Virus genome (UHGV): UHGV-0082263
Source of the DNA: a virus
Length of the DNA stretch: 10,840 nucleotides
Strand: one strand, 5' to 3'
The position numbers and the translations under genes were made by a program. The notes beneath the pieces are model-generated. The model had not been told where the DNA came from and searched no databases. It saw only the letters and a list, made by a program, of their open reading frames with translations. Of the stretch, positions 1-6,192 are shown piece by piece. The first letter of the stretch is position 1; each line of letters starts with the position of its first letter.

Positions 1-600
1 ACGGAATAGAGATAACACGAGGAGTGGTTAGAAATGGCTAAAGTTCTGGTGCTTTTACATAGCTAAACACGTACATTCAACTACCTGTTAATAACAGGAC
101 AATATCAGGTGAATCCCTATTCAATTTAAAGGCATTTTCCCAAGTATCTAAGCAGTTTTACACAGATTCTATGCAGTTGGTCACTATCAATATTCCCTCA
201 AAGTGACTATCAAGCTGCTTAACAGTTTTCCATGTGAAAATGTGATGAAGGTTTCTTGAGGTGGGCTTAACAGATGCTATGAAGAAAGTCAATAGATATT
301 TTAAAATTCTGCAAAGGGGGTCACATAGCTGGTGTGACAGGTACTTAGCAGCTACAGACATCTGTCTGATATTTTTGAAGATTCGGGGAAGATGAGATTC
401 AAAGAGGGCTAGTCATTTTTTATAAAAATTTTCAGAGTCTGAAAAGTTACTGTACAGATTTTGCACAATCTTACCAAGCCTCATAGTTGATTCGATTAGA
501 AGCTAATCTCATAGAAAGCTCTGTAGAGAGTTTTAACCCCATTTTTAGGGGTAGTCTATAGGTATGTACCAACCATCTTAAAATAAGGTGGTAAAATCGC

Positions 601-630
601 TTAGAATGCGTTACAGAGCGTCTGAGAAGC
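601..630 (+). repeat. Repeat element E1 (ttagaatgcgttacagagcgtctgagaagc), core CGTTACAGAGCG
   Basis: Its reverse complement (gcttctcagacgctctgtaacgcattctaa) matches 4049-4078 at 27/30 positions: 16 identical, a 4-nt block with 3 mismatches (gtaa vs caat), then 10 identical. Lies in a region with no convincing CDS. Confidence 0.75.
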
Positions 631-749
631 TATATTCACAGATTTTACTAAAGTCTCAGACTTTCTAAGTGGTCTTTTTAACAGGAGGGGTTCCTATGGT
701 CATTATCACCCTCTCTCTCGCTTAGTGAGCTACACAGACCTAGAGAACA

Positions 750-766
750 TGCTCTGTAACGCCTTC
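750..766 (-). repeat. Repeat element E4, partial inverted copy of the E1 core (tgctctgtaacgccttc)
   Basis: Matches the reverse complement of E1 at 15/17 positions, including the 12-mer gctctgtaacgc. With E1 it forms an inverted pair about 120 bp apart. Confidence 0.6.
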
Positions 767-1176
767 ACAAACATTGACTAAGGTCAACTTCATAAACTCA
801 GAGTTAAGTTACCTTGAAAGATTCTACCAAGAAACTACACAGGTGTTATTTAGTCTGACTGTGAAGGGATATTTAACGGGAGAAGAGATACGATATAACC
901 CGAAGGGAGAGTATCATCTTAACAATTATCTTAAGAATAAAACTGAAAAGTTCTTAACAGATGACTACCTAGAAAGAAGGGAACGATAAGACCAGAGGTA
1001 GTGACCTTGTTAAGTAGGTCGTTTCAAAGCCTCTTAAAAGTCTGTTAAGTAAGGTCATATGAACAATCATACCATTTTGTCAAGTGTTTTGTCTTTAGCA
1101 AAAAGTGCTAAACTCAACAAAAAGCACTAAATGCTAAAGAGACGATTAAGAAATATACTAAGAGGGCGCTTCGCTT

Positions 1177-1845
1177 GTGTCACATCCAATAATCAATATC
1201 GGTCGTTATCATGGTGGTTCTGATGACTGGCGTACACCGTATCGTTTATTTCGTAACCTACACCGTGAATTTGGTTTTACGTTAGATGGTGCCGCAACTA
1301 AGCATGACGCATTGCTACCACGGTTCACCGATGATATAAACCGTCAATCATGGGTTGGTGAACGGGTCTTCGTTAACCCGCCGTTTAGCATGGCTGAAAA
1401 GTTCCTCCTAAAAACCCCTGAAGCTGATGTGTGTGTATGTCTGGTTCCGCACAGGTCAAAGACAACTTACTGGCTTCGGTGTGTATATACAAACCCCTTT
1501 CTGCATGAGATTCGAACGTTACACCGAGCAGTCAAATACCTTCCACCAGCAGGGAAGAAAGGTGTTGTAGCGCGTTCACCGTTTGCAAGTTGCGTCCTAA
1601 TATACAGGAACACACCCCGTAAACCGAAGGTTGAAATTACCCAGACAATTTATTGTGGCGACACAATGCTTTTACTTGCCGTGGTTAACAGGGGTGGTTT
1701 ACGTGGAAGACCTCATATACACGATGCACAGACGCTTGACAGGTTGATTAAAATGTATGACCAAGAACAATCCATCAAGAGCATCGCAGAATCGCTAAGA
1801 ATGCCTCTAAGCACCACTTACAGGACTGTTCAAAGGTTGGGCTGA
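1177..1845 (+). CDS. Phage Dam-family DNA N6-adenine methyltransferase with C-terminal resolvase/Hin-like helix-turn-helix
   Basis: 222-aa ORF, GTG start at 1177 with AGAGGG at 1161-1166, stop TGA 1843-1845. Translation has WRTPYRLF near the N-terminus, FTLDGAA, and the catalytic NPPFS motif (D/N-P-P-Y/F), the pattern I recall for phage Dam-type methyltransferases. The last ~35 aa (LDRLIKMYDQEQSIKSIAESLRMPLSTTYRTVQRLG) resemble the Hin/resolvase-type HTH. Recognised from memory, no search run. Confidence 0.8.
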   Translation: MSHPIINIGRYHGGSDDWRTPYRLFRNLHREFGFTLDGAATKHDALLPRFTDDINRQSWVGERVFVNPPFSMAEKFLLKTPEADVCVCLVPHRSKTTYWLRCVYTNPFLHEIRTLHRAVKYLPPAGKKGVVARSPFASCVLIYRNTPRKPKVEITQTIYCGDTMLLLAVVNRGGLRGRPHIHDAQTLDRLIKMYDQEQSIKSIAESLRMPLSTTYRTVQRLG

Positions 1846-1891
1846 AATTCTCATATAGAGCACTGATTACGAGAATGTTAAAGAGGCGATT

Positions 1892-1914
1892 CCCCCCTCT
1901 CTGGGGTTATTCGC
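1892..1914 (+). repeat. Direct repeat copy 1 (cccccctctctggggttattcgc)
   Basis: Imperfect direct repeat of 2061-2083 (ctccctttctggggttatcgcc). Shared core is a C/T-rich tract followed by TCTGGGGTTAT and CGC. About 170 bp apart, in the 850-bp non-coding stretch downstream of the methyltransferase gene. Confidence 0.6.
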
Positions 1915-2060
1915 TTTTTACTGGAAGGGTTATTTTACAGAGGTTTTTCAAACCCCCTCAATAATAGAAACGAGCAACAAACGAAGAGCGAGAAATAAAA
2001 TATTGAGACTGGTGAACGGGGTCTGTAAAGATTGTTTAAGAAGTCGGTTAAGAAGGTGGC

Positions 2061-2083
2061 TCTCCCTTTCTGGGGTTATCGCC
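2061..2083 (+). repeat. Direct repeat copy 2 (ctccctttctggggttatcgcc)
   Basis: See copy 1. It is followed by cttagtgag (2090-2098), which also occurs at 720-728 right after another CCCTCTCTC tract (709-719). Confidence 0.6.
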
Positions 2084-2309
2084 TTGTATCTTAGTGAGTC
2101 CAGGAAGTTCTCTGTGAAGGGTCTTGTCAGTCCTTTATATTGGCTAATTACAACTCATTGAAAAATAAGTATTTTTAGAAATTACTGTCAGAGAGGTGAA
2201 TACTTGATAGATACAGCTTTCCGGTTCTGTCAAGCTGTTTTTTTAATAGATAGCACAAAATGCTAAAGATGCCCCTATACCATCACGTACAGGGGGTTTT
2301 GAAGGGAGT

Positions 2310-2498
2310 TTAACGGGGTTCTGTGTGGTTATCTGTTCGAGTCCTGTCCTTGAGGTCAAATGACCATTCACGACCAAACAATCGGAACACGATAAACACC
2401 CGAACGATGAAATAGCGGAGCAGAAGATCTGCAATCAATCCAATACCTCCACCAGCCCATACATCAGGTGACCCCAGCTCAGGAGGGAGATTTACCAT
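2310..2498 (-). CDS. Hypothetical small protein with one predicted hydrophobic helix (low confidence)
   Basis: 62-aa ORF on the - strand with ATG at 2498-2496 and AGAAGG 8 nt upstream on that strand. Translation contains GGGIGLIADLLLRYFIVRVFIVFRLF. Divergent from the 2699 gene. No motif recognised; could be spurious. Confidence 0.2.
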   Translation of the reverse strand: MVNLPPELGSPDVWAGGGIGLIADLLLRYFIVRVFIVFRLFGREWSFDLKDRTRTDNHTEPR

Positions 2499-2593
2499 TC
2501 AATGTACCTTCTGTGTGCAATGCAAAAACATGTGACCAAATACATAGCCACGCTTCATATTTCCCCCTCTCTCATAAACCATTATACCACAAA

Positions 2594-2613
2594 TGTTACG
2601 AATTTGTTACGAA
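2594..2613 (+). repeat. Tandem direct repeat TGTTACGAA-tt-TGTTACGAA (11-bp period)
   Basis: Two exact 9-mers at 2594-2602 and 2605-2613, immediately upstream of a -35-like TTGACA (2619-2624). Confidence 0.6.
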
Positions 2614-2618
2614 AATAC

Positions 2619-2660
2619 TTGACATTAGTCTTTGAAAATGCTAGTATTGTATATATAAGT
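2619..2660 (+). promoter_or_regulatory. Candidate sigma70-type promoter for the 2699-4041 cassette
   Basis: TTGACA at 2619-2624, 17-bp spacer, TAGTAT at 2642-2647; an AT-rich TGTATATATAAG tract at 2648-2659 is an alternative -10. Lies 40-80 bp upstream of ATG 2699. Hexamer match only, not validated. Confidence 0.35.
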
Positions 2661-2698
2661 TAACAGAATAATAACATCTTATGAGAGTCGGAACATGA

Positions 2699-3253
2699 AT
2701 GAGAGACGCAGAATTTAGAGCGATGCTTCAGGCATCGAGACAACGTAACAAGCACAACTCCTACGCTTACACAAACAACCCAACCAGCTACGAACTACCC
2801 AAGCTCACCAAGAAAGAACGCAAAGGCATTGACGAAGTAATTCGTAGCATTACGCCACGAGACAGATTTATGCCAACCAGAAAGAGCACCCAGAACACTA
2901 TTAAAAATTATCTGGCTAACTTTGATTCTTACGAACAATTACCAAGTAAGATTGAAGATGTAATTATCGGATTCTGTAGAAGTGAAGGCCACCCCAAATA
3001 CAACAGAAAGCTATTTTATCTGCTAAAGAATCTTGATGAAATTAACTCAGCTACCGTGACAAATCATCTTCAGCGTCAAGCAACCAGACTTAGCTACGAA
3101 TTACCAACCGATGCCTATTGTGCATTGCTTGCTGTAATGTGTGCAAAGCTAATTGGTATTGTTGAACATCATATTGCCGTTGGGAATATTGAGCCAATGG
3201 AAAACGAGCAACCAGACTTTGAGTTTGACCCGTATATTTTGGAGGAATTTTAA
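2699..3253 (+). CDS. Hypothetical protein (184 aa), first gene of a four-gene coupled cassette
   Basis: ATG 2699, stop TAA 3251-3253, 1 nt before the ATG of the next gene. SD is weak (GAGAG at 2683-2687). Acidic C-terminus (EPMENEQPDFEFDPYILEEF). No motif recognised. Confidence 0.55.
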   Translation: MRDAEFRAMLQASRQRNKHNSYAYTNNPTSYELPKLTKKERKGIDEVIRSITPRDRFMPTRKSTQNTIKNYLANFDSYEQLPSKIEDVIIGFCRSEGHPKYNRKLFYLLKNLDEINSATVTNHLQRQATRLSYELPTDAYCALLAVMCAKLIGIVEHHIAVGNIEPMENEQPDFEFDPYILEEF

Positions 3254-3254
3254 A

Positions 3255-3542
3255 ATGAAAACCAGACACACACTAACCAGAGTTACAAAGACAGCCTTTG
3301 AAGAACTTAACAAAATTAAGAAGGTTACAGGTCTTTCACATGCAGCAGTGATGAAGCTTGCAATTAACCGTGATATTAACGAGCAGGATTTGCTTAATAG
3401 TCGCTTAGAGGCAGCAAGACACCATATCAGGATTAAGCAAGATGACCTTGATAGTCTGAAATCTTTAAATGCTTTTGGACTGGATTTAGCAAGGTTGCTA
3501 AGCATCAAAATTCACAAGTTAAAGTTAGAGATGGGGGTCTGA
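3255..3542 (+). CDS. Putative ribbon-helix-helix (CopG/Arc-like) DNA-binding protein, 95 aa (tentative)
   Basis: ATG 3255 with GGAGGA at 3241-3246 (8-nt spacing). I chose this start over the track start at 3153, which would overlap the upstream gene by 100 nt. The N-terminus TLTRVTKTAFEELNKIKKVTGLSHAAVMKLAI fits the strand / helix / G-x-S turn / helix pattern of RHH folds. Pattern-level only. Confidence 0.5.
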   Translation: MKTRHTLTRVTKTAFEELNKIKKVTGLSHAAVMKLAINRDINEQDLLNSRLEAARHHIRIKQDDLDSLKSLNAFGLDLARLLSIKIHKLKLEMGV

Positions 3543-3757
3543 TGCTATGCGTTACCTTTGAATACCACACGGATAAAATGATTCGCTACATCTCCGACCT
3601 CCTGATTAAAGGAAACGGATTCGGTGACATCCATAACTCAAAAGATATTTTCATTAAAGCCATTGGCCCAAATGAAGCACTGAAAACAGCAGTTAAACCG
3701 GAATGGTTTGAGCGTCACAAGATTGAATTAGGTTATTGGGGTGAGGAGGTTTTATGA
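3542..3757 (+). CDS. Hypothetical protein (71 aa)
   Basis: ATG 3542 overlaps the upstream TGA (tgATG); G-rich tract at 3533-3537. Its stop overlaps the start of the next gene (ATGA at 3754-3757). No motif recognised. Confidence 0.45.
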   Translation: MLCVTFEYHTDKMIRYISDLLIKGNGFGDIHNSKDIFIKAIGPNEALKTAVKPEWFERHKIELGYWGEEVL

Positions 3758-4041
3758 AACCTTGGCATGAAGATGTTAGACGATATTTTACAGAACACCT
3801 TATCTATGATGAATCCAGTGATTCCCTGTGCTGGTCTGATGGAGAGTCAGTCACGATAAATACCGACGACTACGGCAACAAAACATTTAATATAGGCCGA
3901 TATACTTTCTACGTGAAATATGTTGTCTGGTTCCTTTATCATGGCTATCAATCCAACAAGCAAATTATCCATCGAAATGGTAACAGAGCCGATACCAGAC
4001 CAAAAAATCTTATGCAAGTCCGAGACTTTAAGAGAAATTAG
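3754..4041 (+). CDS. Small HNH endonuclease (HNH_3-like, phage/homing type), 95 aa
   Basis: ATG 3754 with GAGGAGG at 3743-3749, stop TAG 4039-4041. The C-terminal IIHRNGNRADTRPKNL matches the H-x-N-G-N ... D-x-R-x-x-N-L core I recall for the HNH_3/AP2-type family. No search run. Confidence 0.55.
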   Translation: MKPWHEDVRRYFTEHLIYDESSDSLCWSDGESVTINTDDYGNKTFNIGRYTFYVKYVVWFLYHGYQSNKQIIHRNGNRADTRPKNLMQVRDFKRN

Positions 4042-4048
4042 AAAAACA

Positions 4049-4078
4049 GCTTCTCAGACGCTCTCAATCGCATTCTAA
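4049..4078 (-). repeat. Repeat element E2, inverted copy of E1 (gcttctcagacgctctcaatcgcattctaa)
   Basis: 27/30 identical to the reverse complement of 601-630. Starts 8 nt after the HNH stop codon. Confidence 0.75.
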
Positions 4079-4149
4079 CGCAAAAAACTATCTTATTTTA
4101 GGGTGGGTAATACCACTGTACAGGCTACCCCTGAAAAAGACTGTTTAGC

Positions 4150-4172
4150 TCGTTACAGAGCGATTGAGGAGG
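4150..4172 (+). repeat. Repeat element E3, degenerate direct copy of E1 (tcgttacagagcgattgaggagg)
   Basis: Contains the exact 12-mer cgttacagagcg; about 18/23 identical to E1 608-630. Forms an inverted pair with E2 across ~70 bp and ends just upstream of the SD of the 4198 gene. Confidence 0.6.
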
Positions 4173-4197
4173 TCTGGTAAAAAGGAGATTTTAAGAA

Positions 4198-4503
4198 ATG
4201 AATTATTCAATGCAAGTTATGGTTGACCAAGAAACTATGAATTGGCTTAATGACCTGAACAGGTCAGGCTTTAATATCTATTTCATGCATTGTTTTGAAG
4301 CATCAACGTATATTGACAAGCATATAATCAACGAAATTAAACTTGGTGACTTTGTTCACAAACTGGAAGTAACAGACCCAGACTACAAGAGATTTATCAC
4401 AAGCGAATGCAACCGACTTGATTTAAGCCCGGAGCAATTATTGAAGCTGAATGTATTCTTAACCTATCAGAATGAATTAAACCCTTACAGTGAGGTGATG
4501 TAA
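4198..4503 (+). CDS. Hypothetical protein (101 aa)
   Basis: ATG 4198 with AAAGGAG at 4181-4187, stop TAA 4501-4503. No motif recognised. Confidence 0.5.
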   Translation: MNYSMQVMVDQETMNWLNDLNRSGFNIYFMHCFEASTYIDKHIINEIKLGDFVHKLEVTDPDYKRFITSECNRLDLSPEQLLKLNVFLTYQNELNPYSEVM

Positions 4504-4580
4504 TGATGCTCGTTATTCTCTGGACGGCTTTAGGGTTATTTGTTGGTTGCTGGGTAGGTAATACGGTAAATAAGAATTGA
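4503..4580 (+). CDS. Small hydrophobic peptide (24-25 aa), possible membrane peptide
   Basis: Tandem ATGs at 4503 and 4506 overlapping the upstream TAA; GAGGTG at 4492-4497 (5 or 8 nt spacing); stop TGA 4578-4580. Translation MMLVILWTALGLFVGCWVGNTVNKN is one hydrophobic helix plus a short polar tail. Below the length cutoff of the ORF track. Confidence 0.35.
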   Translation: MMLVILWTALGLFVGCWVGNTVNKN

Positions 4581-4604
4581 TGTTACCAATCTGTTAAAAA
4601 GCTG

Positions 4605-4633
4605 TTGACAAATAACCTTAAGCATGACATAAT
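4605..4633 (+). promoter_or_regulatory. Near-consensus sigma70-type promoter (TTGACA - 17 bp - CATAAT)
   Basis: Perfect -35 TTGACA at 4605-4610, exactly 17-bp spacer, -10 CATAAT at 4628-4633 (5/6 to TATAAT). Predicted start about 4640. First downstream gene with an SD is at 5034. Confidence 0.5.
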
Positions 4634-4642
4634 TTTAATTAT

Positions 4643-4659
4643 AGAGAGAATTTCTCTCT
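4643..4659 (+). promoter_or_regulatory. Perfect palindrome AGAGAGAA-t-TTCTCTCT at the predicted transcript start (operator candidate or 5-prime hairpin)
   Basis: 8-bp arms with a 1-nt centre, beginning about 10 nt after the -10 hexamer. Confidence 0.45.
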
Positions 4660-4808
4660 TATTTCTTTCAACAATTCCATCTACATCTAGGGATAGTTAT
4701 TCTGAAAGGTGCAATGCTTTTCGCTACATGGCCTCTTATATAACCTGAGAGGCTATCTCGAAAAGTCTTTGTTCATTCATTCGTTTGAATCCTTTACAGC
4801 TTTGCCCT

Positions 4809-4836
4809 GATTCATGATTAGGGCTTTCTTTAAGAG
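4809..4836 (+). repeat. Leader direct repeat copy 1 (gattcatgattagggctttctttaagag)
   Basis: About 25/29 identical to 4913-4941. Confidence 0.55.
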
Positions 4837-4912
4837 TTTTTAAACAGAGCTTTTAAAGAAAGTTTTCCTGAAACTTCGTTAACGTTATAAGCAAACCTTC
4901 AAAGCCCTTCAC

Positions 4913-4941
4913 AGATTATGTTTAGGGCTTTTCTTAATAGA
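4913..4941 (+). repeat. Leader direct repeat copy 2 (gattatgtttagggcttttcttaatagag)
   Basis: Direct repeat of 4809-4836. Its 3-prime end overlaps the 13-mer tcttaatagagca (4932-4944), whose perfect reverse complement tgctctattaaga lies at 4993-5005. Confidence 0.55.
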
Positions 4942-4992
4942 GCATCTTTAATAAATCGTTAAGTCATCTTCTAAGTGTATTGGCGTTGAAGG

Positions 4993-5005
4993 TGCTCTAT
5001 TAAGA
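4993..5005 (+). repeat. 13-bp perfect inverted-repeat partner (tgctctattaaga) of 4932-4944
   Basis: Exact reverse complement of 4932-4944, 48 bp away and about 15 nt upstream of the SD (AGAGGA 5021-5026) of the 5034 gene. Confidence 0.6.
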
Positions 5006-5033
5006 AATAACCACACACTTAGAGGAAAAAATA

Positions 5034-5744
5034 ATGACAAACGATATTTACATTAATGGCAAAGTGATTGATAGCTTCGGTGACTGGTCGCCACAGACTG
5101 AACATCCAGCTATCACTATCCAGCGCAAAGAACACGATGAAAGAATTGCACTTGAGCAAGAGTTAAAGATGTCACCAAAGGTAATTTCCTTTGTGTCTCC
5201 TGAGCCTCAAGAGATGCCTGATGTATGCAAAACTGAAGCATTACTTGAGCTTGAGCGTGAATATTACCCACAGTTAAAAGCACAGCGTATTAAACTTGAT
5301 GACGCTTACAGCAAAGTTACCCTGATGCAATCAGCTATTGAGCCGTCAGAATTTGAGATTCAGGATGAATTGTCACAGAAACCATTTGTCTATTACAAAT
5401 ATGAAGACAATGATGGTTTTGGTACTTTTCCTGAGAATATCCCAGACGTGATTAATAATCTTTCTGACGGATATCGAATTGTGAAGATGGTTAAGGCATC
5501 AAGAGGTGCTGGTCAGTTTATCTACATGACCAATAAAAGCGATGAAGAACTCTGTGAAATTGCTAAACAGAACATCTTGGCATCACGTAACAAGCAGCTT
5601 GATAGTGCTAAGTTGTATCTCTCAAGAGAGCTTCAGGCTATGAAAGAGCTTGTGAAAGAATATGAAGATGCTAAGAAGGTTGCTATGCAGGCTGATATTG
5701 AGCAGCTTACGAAGATTTCTCAGAAATATGCAAAGGCTATTTGA
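5034..5744 (+). CDS. Hypothetical protein (236 aa), first gene of the operon containing the tape-measure gene
   Basis: ATG 5034 with AGAGGA at 5021-5026, stop TGA 5742-5744. Acidic, helix-rich C-terminal half. No motif recognised. Confidence 0.6.
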   Translation: MTNDIYINGKVIDSFGDWSPQTEHPAITIQRKEHDERIALEQELKMSPKVISFVSPEPQEMPDVCKTEALLELEREYYPQLKAQRIKLDDAYSKVTLMQSAIEPSEFEIQDELSQKPFVYYKYEDNDGFGTFPENIPDVINNLSDGYRIVKMVKASRGAGQFIYMTNKSDEELCEIAKQNILASRNKQLDSAKLYLSRELQAMKELVKEYEDAKKVAMQADIEQLTKISQKYAKAI

Positions 5745-5752
5745 GGTGATTA

Positions 5753-6169
5753 ATGAGTCCTATTTTTTATATTCTTAGAAAGAAGTTTGATGCTATCGAT
5801 GAGATTACCGGATATCTTCGTGAACGTATTTACGAAGGTGAGTCTCTGGAAGATTTAAAATTTGATGGTCGAGATGACTTAACTTTCCTGATTAGGGATG
5901 TTAATCGGGATATTGAGCGATTAAGAGATAGTTATAATCCACCAGAAATTACTGAAATGATAGACTTTGATGATGGAACAAGAACTATTAGCGTAGCGAT
6001 TGGTGGGAGTTACATCAGGGACTTTACCAGTAAAACTAATGAAGAGTTACTTGCTGAATTTAAAGATGACTATCTAAAAAATCTCGATTCTTATCAGGCA
6101 GAATTAGATAAGCGGTATCGGGATTTAGCTGGAAAAGGCTACTTAATAGAGGAATTGCTGGACTTCTAA
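5753..6169 (+). CDS. Hypothetical acidic protein (138 aa); tail-assembly-chaperone-like by position only
   Basis: ATG 5753 with GAGGTG at 5743-5748. Acidic composition and a position two genes upstream of the tape-measure gene fit a G-type tail assembly chaperone, but no motif supports this. Confidence 0.5.
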   Translation: MSPIFYILRKKFDAIDEITGYLRERIYEGESLEDLKFDGRDDLTFLIRDVNRDIERLRDSYNPPEITEMIDFDDGTRTISVAIGGSYIRDFTSKTNEELLAEFKDDYLKNLDSYQAELDKRYRDLAGKGYLIEELLDF

Positions 6170-6192
6170 TTGAAACTAATGTGAGGTGGTGA

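Noticed and set aside
158-361. 67-aa - strand ORF
   Set aside because: No SD and no recognisable motif; it lies in a repeat and hairpin-rich region that looks non-coding.
774-989. 71-aa + strand ORF with TTG start
   Set aside because: No ATG, no SD, and an E-element copy overlaps its start region. Not excluded, but unsupported.
1893-1920. CCCC-loop-GGGG hairpin followed by a T-rich tract, as a terminator for the methyltransferase gene
   Set aside because: Stem is only 4 bp and the T-run is interrupted (ttattcgcttttta). Reported as a repeat rather than a terminator.
2320-2330. DnaA-box-like TGTGGTTAT
   Set aside because: Two mismatches to TGTGGATAA and a single isolated copy.
2335-2344. tRNA T-loop-like GTTCGAGTCC (also GTTCGAATC on the - strand at 1510-1518)
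   Set aside because: Flanking bases do not form a T-stem and no acceptor or anticodon arms can be built; the 1510 site lies inside the methyltransferase CDS. Chance matches.
2243-2434. 63-aa - strand ORF
   Set aside because: Overlaps the slightly better-supported 2310-2498 - strand ORF in another frame; no SD; Cys/Ser-rich low-complexity translation.
3153-3254. Track start at 3153 for the ORF ending at 3542
   Set aside because: It would overlap the upstream gene by ~100 nt. ATG 3255 has a GGAGGA SD at ideal spacing and sits 1 nt after the upstream stop, so the shorter 95-aa product is preferred.
3149-3508. 119-aa - strand ORF overlapping the RHH gene and the end of the 184-aa gene
   Set aside because: Antisense to two translationally coupled + strand genes with good SDs; the hydrophobic low-complexity translation looks like a shadow ORF.
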